Virus record (IMG/VR): IMGVR_UViG_3300044673_000278
Span: 187,694 to 251,693 of that record
Strand: one strand, 5' to 3'
DNA length: 64,000 nucleotides
DNA from: a virus
Taxonomy: Duplodnaviria; Heunggongvirae; Uroviricota; Caudoviricetes
A program made the translations under genes and the position numbers. The notes beneath the pieces were generated by a model, which worked only from the letters and a program-made list of their open reading frames with translations, was not told where the DNA came from and did no database searches. Positions 46,405-55,193 of this stretch are shown piece after piece; positions within the stretch are counted from its first letter, which is position 1, and every line of letters begins with the position of its first letter.

Positions 46405-46635
46405 TTAAACTCCGAAATGTTGTTTAATCAATACCTGTGCTGTGTCCATTGTTTGTGATGCCACAACACGATCAAGACCATCCAAACGATTCATTTCTGC
46501 TATCAATACATCGGCACATTCCCGAACAATCAACTCGGCGAACTTTTTATATTGAAAATCATCAAGATCGACTCGACCCCATGCATCAAGCCTTGCGCCA
46601 GATTGCATCATAAGTTCATCGATTCGTTGGTTCAT
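46405..46635 (-). CDS. Hypothetical small protein
   Basis: 76 aa. Confidence 0.4.
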   Translation of the reverse strand: MNQRIDELMMQSGARLDAWGRVDLDDFQYKKFAELIVRECADVLIAEMNRLDGLDRVVASQTMDTAQVLIKQHFGV

Positions 46636-47180
46636 TGTTCAACTCCTACATATCGGCTGGCCTCAGCATGAAGACCTCGGTCACCCTTGGTCATCACTGC
46701 AAGGAGAAGTCTCTTTTCTTCGAGATAAACTCGAGCAAACTCAGGATCGTGTTGCATGATGCTTCGGCTGTTGCTGATAAGGTCAGCGAGCTTGATCGTC
46801 TGAACTTCAGCAGGTGCTTGAGCAGTGTGCTCACGGTCGATACGCTTGCGAGTGGCTCTGTTGCCATCTTCGGGTCGACTCACATCTGTAAGCCAGTTGA
46901 CCATAGTAGCAATGTCGATACCGAATGCCATGTGTACGTCAGTAAACGTGCAACCAGTATCTTCGATCACATCGTGAAGCCAAGCAGCCGCAACCATGTC
47001 AGGGGTACTACCCGGAACGCTGGCAACAATGCTGGCAACTTCTGCTGGGTGAACGATGTAAGGCTCACCGGTATACTTGCGGACTTGCTTCACACTGGCG
47101 TGAGCAGCCATGGCATACACTTGCGCCTTGCGCACAACGTCCATACCGCCAAGTTCCATAGTAAATCCTTCCATGCTCAC
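46632..47180 (-). CDS. HD-domain metal-dependent phosphohydrolase
   Basis: H...HPAEVASIV...LHDVIEDT is the HD motif. 182 aa. Confidence 0.6.
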   Translation of the reverse strand: MSMEGFTMELGGMDVVRKAQVYAMAAHASVKQVRKYTGEPYIVHPAEVASIVASVPGSTPDMVAAAWLHDVIEDTGCTFTDVHMAFGIDIATMVNWLTDVSRPEDGNRATRKRIDREHTAQAPAEVQTIKLADLISNSRSIMQHDPEFARVYLEEKRLLLAVMTKGDRGLHAEASRYVGVEQ

Positions 47181-47198
47181 TCCTTATCCAACACATGT

Positions 47199-47227
47199 AT
47201 TATAACATTTTGGGAAATTCTGGGCAA
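47199..47227 (-). promoter_or_regulatory. Sigma70 promoter P4: TTGCCC-17-TATAAT
   Basis: Minus strand: ttgcccagaatttcccaaaatgtTATAAT. Nearly identical to P5. Confidence 0.65.
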
Positions 47228-47229
47228 CT

Positions 47230-47258
47230 AAAAAAGTAGTATTCAATCACTACTTTTA
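47230..47258 (-). terminator. Rho-independent terminator (minus strand)
   Basis: Minus strand: AAAGTAGTGATTGAATACTACTTT hairpin followed by TTTAG. Confidence 0.55.
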
Positions 47259-47636
47259 AAGGCCCAACAGTTCACGTTCTTCGTCGCTCAGCAGTTCACG
47301 AACCTTGCGTTCTGCTTCCTTCTTGACTTGATAGCGGCGTTCCAATTCGGCACGTTCTTCTTCGAGACGATCAACAGTGTAAGTCAAGTCTTCCAGTGCC
47401 GCTTGGCCACCTTCACTCCAAGCATAGGTCAGAAAATAGTCGCTACGATAACGATCGTTGCGGTCCTCGACGTTGAAACGCCCGTCTTTAACAGTCAACG
47501 TCAAAGTAGGTTCTGCGCTAACACGCTCTAGCAGGTTCATCAGTCGCAGTGGGTAAGCAGAGCGTTCTGCTTCCAGACGTTCTTCACGCTCGCGGGCTTC
47601 ACGTTCCAGACGCTCTGCTTTGGTTTCACGTGCCAT
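47256..47636 (-). CDS. Hypothetical charged coiled-coil protein
   Basis: 126 aa, Glu/Arg-rich. Confidence 0.45.
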   Translation of the reverse strand: MARETKAERLEREAREREERLEAERSAYPLRLMNLLERVSAEPTLTLTVKDGRFNVEDRNDRYRSDYFLTYAWSEGGQAALEDLTYTVDRLEEERAELERRYQVKKEAERKVRELLSDEERELLGL

Positions 47637-47666
47637 TTTGGGCTCCTTGTTTCTTACTATGCTCTA

Positions 47667-47695
47667 ATTATAGCATTTTGGGAAATTCTGGGCAA
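47667..47695 (-). promoter_or_regulatory. Sigma70 promoter P5: TTGCCC-17-TATAAT
   Basis: Minus strand: ttgcccagaatttcccaaaatgcTATAAT. Confidence 0.65.
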
Positions 47696-47697
47696 CC

Positions 47698-47723
47698 AAA
47701 ATTTTGTAATACTCAAGTATTAC
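47698..47723 (-). terminator. Rho-independent terminator (minus strand)
   Basis: Palindromic hairpin GTAATACTTGAGTATTAC followed by AAAATTTTGG. Confidence 0.5.
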
Positions 47724-47724
47724 A

Positions 47725-48267
47725 TTAGTGATGCGCCCGAATTGCACCCTTTAGCGCATCTGCAATCATAGCATCAAAGTCGCTGACCACACGGCCTGTG
47801 GCGTCAAACGCAACGTCACGAGCGCGATACCCCTCCATGCCTGTTTTACCACCGTGAACGTGTCCATAAAAATGCACAGCGCCACGATGCATTTGATCCC
47901 ACTCCCAAATAGGGTAGTGCATCATAATGACCAAGGTACCGTTGTGGTTATAACGCAGGTACTGATGTGTTTCACGTAAGCAGGCTCGGAACTCAGGGTC
48001 TTGCAACAGCTTGCGATCGTGGTTGCCCTCGATCAAGATCTTGGCACCGTTGAGTCGATGCATGATGTTTGCTGCCTTGGGTGCAGGCAAGAATGCCACG
48101 TCGCCTAGGATAAACACTTCGTCCTCGGGTGCAACACTTCGGTTCCATTCTTCAATCATGCACTCGTTCATATGGTCCACATCACGGAACCCTGCACGGG
48201 TCACAGGACAGAACTTCATGATGTTGGCGTGACCAAAGTGCAAGTCACTGGTGATCCACTTTTTCAT
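47725..48267 (-). CDS. Calcineurin-like metallophosphoesterase
   Basis: Motifs TSDLHFGH, ILGDV and GNHD. Start set to MKKW (ATG at 48267) overlapping the upstream stop. Confidence 0.65.
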   Translation of the reverse strand: MKKWITSDLHFGHANIMKFCPVTRAGFRDVDHMNECMIEEWNRSVAPEDEVFILGDVAFLPAPKAANIMHRLNGAKILIEGNHDRKLLQDPEFRACLRETHQYLRYNHNGTLVIMMHYPIWEWDQMHRGAVHFYGHVHGGKTGMEGYRARDVAFDATGRVVSDFDAMIADALKGAIRAHH

Positions 48268-48728
48268 TATACTCTCCAAATTTCTGCAAAACCTTCTTCC
48301 AAGGTTGGCATTTCAAAACTGTAAATCATAGACTTGATCACAGCATCAGGAATGTTCTTGCCTGGGCGACTGGCAAGTCGACGAGCAAGCTCTGCACCGT
48401 CGGGCGTGGCAAATACCACAGCAATATGCTCATAGTCGGGCAGCATGGCAAACTTTTTGCGTCGAGACTTGATGTTGACTGAAGTTTGATCCCAGATCAC
48501 ATCCAGGCCGTTCTCCCTACAATGCACAACATGATCAGCCATGAGTTTCACAGCAGTTGGCATGTATTCGTCAAACACTTCTGAGTAGGTTCGACCTTGC
48601 TGGGCAGCATAGGTCTCAACGTGCGCATCAGTGCTGACAACGTTCAAGCCCAGAGCCCAGGTTTGATTACGTATCCAGGTACTTTTGCCCGATCCGGGCA
48701 CTCCGATCAATTGATAACAGCGAGGCAT
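48267..48728 (-). CDS. P-loop polynucleotide-kinase-like kinase (T4 Pnk kinase-domain-like)
   Basis: CYQLIGVPGSGKSTWIRNQ matches the T4 Pnk N-terminal Walker A region (GCPGSGKSTWA). About 153 aa. Start taken as MPRCYQ. Confidence 0.55.
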   Translation of the reverse strand: MPRCYQLIGVPGSGKSTWIRNQTWALGLNVVSTDAHVETYAAQQGRTYSEVFDEYMPTAVKLMADHVVHCRENGLDVIWDQTSVNIKSRRKKFAMLPDYEHIAVVFATPDGAELARRLASRPGKNIPDAVIKSMIYSFEMPTLEEGFAEIWRV

Positions 48729-49207
48729 TATCGATCCCATCCTATGTTAGTATTCCTCCAATCATTGTCATGATCGTAGGGTTTTTCGTTGCTGTCGTAA
48801 GTCCAGCCCAGTTGCCGCATCAACTTCTGTTTGACACGCAAGTTAGGAATTCTAGTGCGTTCGCAATCTTGGAATCCCATCATTACACCCACCTCGGCCA
48901 CAGCGCCTGAACGGCAGATACCAGCATAGCAATGCACGACCACGTTCATGTGATTAGCTAGTGCATGTTTCAGCAAGCTCACAATCTCTGCGGCTTGAGT
49001 ATCGCTGATTTTTGCTTCGTCTGGGAACCCGTCTCGGTCCTCAGCGTCCAGGAACTCAAAGCGATGTGTTTCTTTGAACTCATGCGCAGGGGTGGGCCAC
49101 CACGAGGTAGCAGGATCCATGATCTGGATCAGCATGCTATTAGCACCGGCTTCGTGATGAAATCTCAGTGGTATATCAGCGGCAGCAACGTTTTCGATCC
49201 AGGGCAT
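48728..49207 (-). CDS. Cys-based (CX5R) dual-specificity/PTP-like phosphatase
   Basis: VVHCYAGICRSG is an HCxxGxxR(S/T) active-site motif. Confidence 0.6.
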   Translation of the reverse strand: MPWIENVAAADIPLRFHHEAGANSMLIQIMDPATSWWPTPAHEFKETHRFEFLDAEDRDGFPDEAKISDTQAAEIVSLLKHALANHMNVVVHCYAGICRSGAVAEVGVMMGFQDCERTRIPNLRVKQKLMRQLGWTYDSNEKPYDHDNDWRNTNIGWDR

Positions 49208-49226
49208 AAAAAATCTCCTAATGCGT

Positions 49227-49255
49227 ATTATAGCACATCAGGAGATTTGGATCAA
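49227..49255 (-). promoter_or_regulatory. Sigma70 promoter P6: TTGATC-17-TATAAT
   Basis: Minus strand: ttgatccaaatctcctgatgtgcTATAAT. Confidence 0.6.
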
Positions 49256-49268
49256 GTATACCTAAGTA

Positions 49269-49520
49269 TTACTTTTGATTTCTACGCTGATTGCGCTCTG
49301 TGGGTGCGTCTTTGAGCAAGTAACTGCGGCCAATCAAGCCGTGTTCAATTTCGCCTAGCGCAGTTACGCCTGCACTGTGGTTGCTCAACAGCTTGGGTCG
49401 ATGCCCAGCATTGAGTTCTCGGGTTCTAGCAGCCGCAATCAAGATAAGGTCATATCTGTTGCCCACTGCTTCAACAGCACCGCTGCTGGAAATTCCTGTT
49501 AGTTCGTCAAGTTTCTTCAT
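49269..49520 (-). CDS. Hypothetical small protein
   Basis: 83 aa. Confidence 0.45.
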   Translation of the reverse strand: MKKLDELTGISSSGAVEAVGNRYDLILIAAARTRELNAGHRPKLLSNHSAGVTALGEIEHGLIGRSYLLKDAPTERNQRRNQK

Positions 49521-49812
49521 TTGTTAGTCCGTTTGAATGTCTGTCTCTATTTGCTTCTAGGTTTTGAAATAGTCGTTTTTCTTGTGCAGTGAGTCGATCC
49601 TTGTGTGTTTTACGAGGATTACCGCACATAAAACATTTTGGATTGCCACAGTCCATGGCATGATGTTTGGCATGCCTGTGGGGTTCTCGGATATGCTTGT
49701 CGTTGAATCCCAGTCCGTGTTGTCGGGCAATTTTAACTTGCCTAGCAATGGCCACATCAGTTTTGTGACGTCGACGCGAATTGATGAATTTGGCTAGATC
49801 GTTGCTCACGGT
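49507..49812 (-). CDS. Small Cys/His-rich (zinc-finger-like) protein with a probable GTG start
   Basis: Promoter P10 lies inside the ORF-track ORF (49507-49986). A GTG at 49812 is preceded by AAAGGA. The protein contains HRHAKHHAMDCGNPKCFMCGNPRK. Confidence 0.35.
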   Translation of the reverse strand, partial: TVSNDLAKFINSRRRHKTDVAIARQVKIARQHGLGFNDKHIREPHRHAKHHAMDCGNPKCFMCGNPRKTHKDRLTAQEKRLFQNLEANRDRHSNGLTNEET

Positions 49813-49853
49813 GATCCTTTGTAAATGTTTGATATTTACGTATATTCTAACAC

Positions 49854-49882
49854 ATTGTACTTTTATGCAAAATACTTGTCTA
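49854..49882 (-). promoter_or_regulatory. Sigma70-like promoter P10: TAGACA-17-TACAAT
   Basis: Minus strand: tagacaagtattttgcataaaagTACAAT. Confidence 0.45.
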
Positions 49883-50458
49883 CATTGTTTGACGAATGAA
49901 ATAATCTGGAGCTTGCTCAACCGACAGCAACCACGGGTAGATCGGGGTTTTGAACTGAAATTTATAAACTCCGTTTTGACCAGCAAACTCTCCAGGCACT
50001 TGGGGTTGGTTGTTGTTTTCGCACCAATACTGTCCGGTGTCTTCGATCACACGGTGCATAGACAAATTTTCTATGTGTACAGAGTCAATTCTTATCATGG
50101 TTGATACTTCGCCAATGTCTGGTATAAAATCATGATGTTTGGAATCAAATCCAGACATTGTGATCTGCAAGCAATGATCTACCTGAGTTTCAGAATCTTC
50201 GAACAGATGATTTAACACTATACTTTTGTCAAGTGTACTGCTGATTAAAATTTTGCCGTCGAGCTCTATTGATACATGTAACTCTTGGTATGAATACTGA
50301 TACCGATCACCGAATCGCTGACGGTGGTCACTGCTGGGCACCCATTCTTGTTGATTGATCATGGTACCACTTGATAAAGCTATATCAATGGTTGCTTGTT
50401 TAATGTATGACGGCTTTCCCGGAATAGGCTGATAGTACATAATCTTCAGTGTATGCAA
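49880..50458 (-). CDS. Hypothetical protein
   Basis: 192 aa. Confidence 0.5.
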   Translation of the reverse strand: MHTLKIMYYQPIPGKPSYIKQATIDIALSSGTMINQQEWVPSSDHRQRFGDRYQYSYQELHVSIELDGKILISSTLDKSIVLNHLFEDSETQVDHCLQITMSGFDSKHHDFIPDIGEVSTMIRIDSVHIENLSMHRVIEDTGQYWCENNNQPQVPGEFAGQNGVYKFQFKTPIYPWLLSVEQAPDYFIRQTM

Positions 50459-51606
50459 TTAAAAATATAATCAAGACTGTTTCCGTACTTGGTATCAAAC
50501 TCTTTCTTGCTCAACAGAGGTAAGTTGTCTGTTCTAATCACAGATAAATCATCCAATATGCATATCCATCTTAGATCTAGCAATTCTGTTTTCTTACGTT
50601 TATAAACTGAAAATTGTATGCTATTCGCCTTGCATGTGTTTTCTAAGTATTCGTGACTTGGATAAAATTGATGGATGTACTCTTTTAGAAATTTTTTGTA
50701 GGTTTTATATTCGCCGCCGGGTTCAATGATACGGTCGGTATTGTTCCACATGTAATCTTCGAATTCTGCAAAATCAAAGAAACCTTGAAACATGTCGATT
50801 GATGGTGATTGTTGGTTGAAGAAAAAATTGATATCCCTTGGTACAAACACCTGGCTTTTGTTTATAGAATAAAACCACCACCTGGCTTCTAAAACTGTTC
50901 GAATATCTTTTCCGGATTTGCGAAAGTATCCTTCGCAAAAATCAATTAGCTGTTGATTTTGTGTTTTTTTGTAGAAAAAATCTTTCCAGCTTTGTAACAG
51001 GCCGTTGGGGCCTATACTTTCAAAAAAAGTGTCGTCGATGCTTGCAGTGAATTCGTCACCGCCGTGACCGGTAATGTTAATACCATCAAATGTGTTGTTG
51101 ATGTATATGTCACCGCTGATATCAACTGTTTGTAAGCTAGGGAATTTTTTTGTCACAAACTCAAAAAAATCACGATTCTCGTAAAGACTATAGGGAGAAT
51201 AGATTAGCCTGAGTTGGTCAATGTTGGGTGCATGTTTTAGAAAAGCAGTGACCATAGTGGTAGAATCTATGCCACCGCTCCAAAACAAGTTGAGATGATG
51301 ATTTTGTTGAGTGTATTGATTAACTCGATTGTGGAAAACAGTTTCTAAGGGTAGATTTGTTTGTGGGGGTTGCCAGGGCCGGATCACATGAAAATTCAGC
51401 GGCCACTTGAGTTCGGCTGTTCGATCCACAGGGTCACCTTTTGGCTCTGTAGAAAAAATAGCATTGATATCAACTAAATGATTGTAATCAACAAAATCTT
51501 TGATTTTAAAAATTTCGCCTACTTGTTGATAGTTGATATTTTTCCAACGAAGTAGATTAAAAAAATACTGATGGTTAACTGCCAACAGCAGAGGTTTTGA
51601 AATCAT
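50446..51606 (-). CDS. PP-loop (SGGxDS) ATP-pyrophosphatase family protein, paralog 2
   Basis: LFWSGGIDSTTMVTAF. 386 aa. Confidence 0.55.
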   Translation of the reverse strand: MISKPLLLAVNHQYFFNLLRWKNINYQQVGEIFKIKDFVDYNHLVDINAIFSTEPKGDPVDRTAELKWPLNFHVIRPWQPPQTNLPLETVFHNRVNQYTQQNHHLNLFWSGGIDSTTMVTAFLKHAPNIDQLRLIYSPYSLYENRDFFEFVTKKFPSLQTVDISGDIYINNTFDGINITGHGGDEFTASIDDTFFESIGPNGLLQSWKDFFYKKTQNQQLIDFCEGYFRKSGKDIRTVLEARWWFYSINKSQVFVPRDINFFFNQQSPSIDMFQGFFDFAEFEDYMWNNTDRIIEPGGEYKTYKKFLKEYIHQFYPSHEYLENTCKANSIQFSVYKRKKTELLDLRWICILDDLSVIRTDNLPLLSKKEFDTKYGNSLDYIFNCIH

Positions 51607-51875
51607 GCATTTCTATTCAATATTGGCCTTAGACCCATTAACAACTTTTCTAGATCTAAATCAGCTATGTCGTCTGTATCGAAATCGTAAATTTTTTTTA
51701 GAACCTGTGTTTCGTAGTCGTTTAACTGCTGAAGCATTCTAAATCTGCGTTTATAAACAGTTGGGTCTGTGGCATTAACTATCAGCTCGTTGAACAATGT
51801 TTTTCTGGCTAAATCAGTTCGTTCTAAAAATTGTTTTAGTAATTTTATTTTATAGAATTTGGTGTTAATAGACAT
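51603..51875 (-). CDS. Hypothetical small protein
   Basis: 90 aa, translationally coupled. Confidence 0.45.
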   Translation of the reverse strand: MSINTKFYKIKLLKQFLERTDLARKTLFNELIVNATDPTVYKRRFRMLQQLNDYETQVLKKIYDFDTDDIADLDLEKLLMGLRPILNRNA

Positions 51876-51881
51876 TTATCA

Positions 51882-52148
51882 TCAGTTAGTAACTGCGCTG
51901 ATTACAGCATGCGGATATTTACTAAGAATAAAACTAACCCATGCATCGGCGGCTTCTTGTGTAGGCCAATGTCTTAATGCAACTGAATTGCCATCGTCGT
52001 CACGGCTCCACTCTTTTGTAGTGTAAGCACTCATTTCTGCAGGGTCAACTCCCTGAAGTAAACTCTCTACAAACTGATCCATCTCGTCCAGTTCGACTTG
52101 TGTGCGACGAGTGTCGTCTTTTGACCATGTTACCAAGGTGTTAAACAT
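51882..52148 (-). CDS. Hypothetical small protein
   Basis: 88 aa. Confidence 0.45.
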   Translation of the reverse strand: MFNTLVTWSKDDTRRTQVELDEMDQFVESLLQGVDPAEMSAYTTKEWSRDDDGNSVALRHWPTQEAADAWVSFILSKYPHAVISAVTN

Positions 52149-52238
52149 AATAATCTCCTATGTTATATTGCAATTATTTATTCTAACCTGGTAACGATAC
52201 ACAGCCTTTGCTGTGTATGCGTTAAAACTCAGTGTGTA

Positions 52239-52802
52239 TTACAACAAACCTTCGGCTTGCAGTGTAGCAACAGTTTCGTCGCTGAGTGTGATCTCAGTGC
52301 GAACATTGAGCTCCAAGATTCGATCCTGAAGTTGTTGCTTGCTCTTTTTGAGCTCGCTCACAGTCTTCTTGATGCCAGCAATGTCCTCGGCGGTAAACAC
52401 ACTGGTATTCACAGTGTCATTGTATCCGTACAGTCTCTCGCTTTTGCTTTCGGCAATTTTGCGAAGCTTACCAGCTAGCACATCTGCACTCTGCCGCACT
52501 TCCTTGCCGGCTAGGCCAGTGTAGAACTGGATTTGCTTTTCCAAGGAAGCAACCAGTGTAAGATTTTCGTTGATGCCTGCATTGTGGTTTGCATCTGCTA
52601 CACTCTGGCGGATGTCAAGCAATGCGCCGATCAGGCGGTCTCGACGCCTGATACCGGCACTTACGTCGGCAGCGGCCCGAGCAATTTCGTCTTCTGGCTT
52701 GTGGAATTCTGTGAGAGAAATTTCAGTCTTGATGTCAATCTGCTTCAGCGCATCATTGATGGCGTTTTGCAGAACAGCGGCTTTACGTAAGGTAATTTTC
52801 AT
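52239..52802 (-). CDS. Hypothetical coiled-coil protein
   Basis: 187 aa. Confidence 0.5.
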   Translation of the reverse strand: MKITLRKAAVLQNAINDALKQIDIKTEISLTEFHKPEDEIARAAADVSAGIRRRDRLIGALLDIRQSVADANHNAGINENLTLVASLEKQIQFYTGLAGKEVRQSADVLAGKLRKIAESKSERLYGYNDTVNTSVFTAEDIAGIKKTVSELKKSKQQLQDRILELNVRTEITLSDETVATLQAEGLL

Positions 52803-53155
52803 TTTTTCTTCCTATTCAAACAACAACAATAAGGTGGCAAAAGCAAGGTCAAGTGACTGACAGAACAAGGTGCAAACGATCTATTGATCTTAATCAAAGC
52901 ACAAACAACAAGACACAGAGGCCTGCGTATTTCTGGTGATCAAATCACAAAGCTGATAACCATTCACGGGATTCCAGAACATACAAGCACGGATCAGTTT
53001 TCAAGACTGATTGTCCATAATTGATGCATCGTAAGGCACAAGGCCAACAACGATACGGCGTCAGTTCTCATCTACCCTGCTTTGCCTATCAACGCATTTC
53101 TGCGCTGACAAAAACATATTATACACTAAGCAGGCAGTGCTGCCTAGTGTTTTGG

Positions 53156-53626
53156 TTAGGCTGCTCGCAGACCTTTGAATCGGTCAGCAGCGTAACTGGC
53201 AGCAAAAGCATGCGGCTTCACAAACGGAACCACGTTGCAAGTGCCTTTGATGTAGCCCACAGCTTGGCTGATAACACAGCTTGAGCCATAGTGTTCGTCG
53301 GGGTTGATGTCCAAGTGAACTTCAACGTGACGACCTTCCAGTACTTCTGCCAACTGTAGGTACAGTTCTGAGACCTTGTACACTTCAGTCATGAGTCGCA
53401 TGGCAGGCTTGCCGGGCTTGGCATCCCACACTGGCTCGCGATGTACTTCGCCGAAGATCTTACAACCGTTGTTGCCATTGATATGCACAACGATGGCTAG
53501 AATGTAGTCGGCGTACCAACGACCGTCAACTCGCAGACGTTCACTGTCACAGCCCAGATAGATTTTGGTCTCTGGAGTCTGCGCTTCGATGAACTGGCGA
53601 ACTTCTTCTAGATTGATCTTCTTCAT
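53156..53626 (-). CDS. Hypothetical protein
   Basis: 156 aa. The gene is immediately upstream of the tRNA array. Confidence 0.5.
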   Translation of the reverse strand: MKKINLEEVRQFIEAQTPETKIYLGCDSERLRVDGRWYADYILAIVVHINGNNGCKIFGEVHREPVWDAKPGKPAMRLMTEVYKVSELYLQLAEVLEGRHVEVHLDINPDEHYGSSCVISQAVGYIKGTCNVVPFVKPHAFAASYAADRFKGLRAA

Positions 53627-53643
53627 TTTTGGCTTTCTTGAAA

Positions 53644-53720
53644 TGGTGCCCCCAGCGGGACTCGAACCCGCAAAATTCTGATTTTGAGTCAGACACGTAT
53701 ACCAATTCCATCACAGGGGC
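53644..53720 (-). tRNA. tRNA with anticodon CAA (Leu-type anticodon) but class-I architecture
   Basis: Acceptor GCCCCTG/TGGGGGC, A73, CCA encoded. Anticodon stem TCTGA/TCAGA with loop CTCAAAA. Variable arm only ATTTT. T-arm GCGGG-TTCGAGT-CCCGC. Confidence 0.5.
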
Positions 53721-53777
53721 ATTGGTTATTCAAGTATATATTATACTTGAAGTCTGGTTTGTTGTAAACCAGGTTCT

Positions 53778-53855
53778 TGGTCGGTGTAGCAAGATTCGAA
53801 CTTGCGACCCCTTGCACCCCATGCAAGTGCGCTACCCAGGCTGCGCTATACACCG
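53778..53855 (-). tRNA. tRNA-Pro (GGG)
   Basis: Anticodon stem CTTGC/GCAAG with loop ATGGGGT. T-loop TTCGAAT. CCA encoded. Confidence 0.6.
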
Positions 53856-53936
53856 TAATTGGCACGCCCTTCGGGAATCGAACCTTCGACTCTGTGGTTT
53901 TGGACACCCAGAGATCAGCCAGAGTGAGCGCATGAT
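53856..53936 (-). pseudogene. tRNA-like remnant (Trp-like anticodon loop UCCAAAA; no acceptor stem)
   Basis: Contains GGTTCGATTCC and GTCCAAAACC, but the acceptor and T stems do not pair. Confidence 0.3.
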
Positions 53937-54012
<76 letters not shown>

Positions 54013-54467
54013 ATTATATTCGTTCGCGCTTGACGCGACCTATGCGACTGGCTTTGTTCCAGTCATATGCAACACCGTCTGGGCAAACACCATCACGAAT
54101 GCTGTCTACTCCAAACATACCTACAATTTCAAAACCATCGCCTGAGATGGTAACAAAACGATTCAACAACTTGGCATGAGCCATTGCTAGATCCAGTCCA
54201 GCAAACGATGTTTCTACACCGTCACATTCAACTATAAACAATTTTTTCTCTTTTCTCTACAACAACAATAAAATGCAAACAACCGGTTTCGCTAGGGCGT
54301 GTGGCTGAGGACTATCGACCAGGGTTTGGCGCTCCGGCTCCCACAATGGATAATCTTTGACACCGGCAACAGTCAGGAACCTCTCATTCCTGCAACTTTC
54401 CGTCAGATGCGCATCACTGCGCAGAGCCATCCGGGGTATTACCCCTACACGTTTTTTGTTTGCAAAC

Positions 54468-54544
54468 TGGTGCCCTGGGCGGGACTCGAACCCGCAGCGC
54501 CACGGACCTCAACCGTGTGTGTTTGCCAATTTCACCACCTGGGC
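54468..54544 (-). tRNA. tRNA with anticodon GAG (Leu-type) but class-I architecture
   Basis: Anticodon stem CACGG/CCGTG with loop TTGAGGT. A73. Variable arm GCGCT. One A-A mismatch in the acceptor stem. Confidence 0.45.
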
Positions 54545-54555
54545 ATAGATCTTGG

Positions 54556-54631
54556 TGCGTGATGAGAGATTCGAACTCCCGACATCCAACGAGTCAAATT
54601 GGCACTCTACCAACTGAGTTAATCACGCAGA
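54556..54631 (-). tRNA. tRNA-Val (GAC), tentative
   Basis: Acceptor GCGTGAT/ATCACGC. Anticodon loop TTGACTC with a pyrimidine at position 37. T-loop TTCGAAT. Confidence 0.5.
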
Positions 54632-54680
54632 TTGCTGATTACTTGTCCTATTATACGCCATCAGCAAAGGCGAAGCTTGG

Positions 54681-54755
54681 TGTCCCTGGTAGGAATCGAA
54701 CCTGCATCTACTCTTTAGGAGAGAGTTGTTCTATCCATTGAACTACAGGGACTGA
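54681..54755 (-). tRNA. tRNA-Arg (CCT)
   Basis: Acceptor GTCCCTG/CAGGGAC. Anticodon loop CTCCTAA. Confidence 0.6.
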
Positions 54756-54760
54756 GATGG

Positions 54761-54836
54761 TGCCGCCTCCCGGGATCGAACCAGGTTCCAAGGATTTTCA
54801 GTCCTCCGCAATGACCACATTTGCTAAAGCGGCATT
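54761..54836 (-). tRNA. tRNA-Phe (GAA)
   Basis: Anticodon loop CTGAAAA. T-loop TTCGATC. Confidence 0.6.
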
Positions 54837-54838
54837 AT

Positions 54839-55001
54839 TTCTTTGGTGCAGGAACTTTCTTCAGCAGTTCACGTTTGATCAAACAATCACGTTGAGTGCC
54901 TTCGCGAAATACTCGCAAGTATTCCACACCGTCTATGCGTTGCACATCCTGAAGATTTGTGCAATAAAAACGTTCACGGTTTCGCATGTTTTCAAAATAC
55001 A
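54839..55001 (-). CDS. Small hypothetical protein (53 aa), not in the ORF track
   Basis: AAGGAG SD 7 nt upstream of the ATG at 55001. Protein: MKTVYFENMRNRERFYCTNLQDVQRIDGVEYLRVFREGTQRDCLIKRELLKKVPAPKK. Confidence 0.45.
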
Positions 55002-55037
55002 CTGTTTTCATAGATGTGCTCCTTGTTGAATTTGAGT

Positions 55038-55190
55038 AAATGCTTGTAGGATTCGAACCTACCCCTGCGTCCGCCTTCTCCGCTTACTCAGTCTGCAAAC
55101 CTTTAATCGGATACTACCTTCTGCTGTGCTAGCCAGTACACCTAACAACCTGTCCGAGTTCATTGCAGTGCCCTCGGAGCAGTCTCAAAA
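55038..55190 (-). ncRNA. Conserved ~150-nt structured element, copy A, ending in a tRNA-like T-arm
   Basis: Shares long conserved blocks (CACTGCAATG, TAGCACAGCAGAAGGTAGTA, GTTTGCAGACTgAGTAAGCGGaGAAGGCGGACGCAGGG, TTCGAATCC) with copy B at 56745-56900. Confidence 0.45.
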
Positions 55191-55193
55191 CTT

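Noticed and set aside
54014-54241. 75-aa minus-strand ORF between tRNA-Ala and the next tRNA
   Set aside because: It would need a TTG start with no SD. It was kept out of the feature list, though an internal ATG start cannot be excluded.
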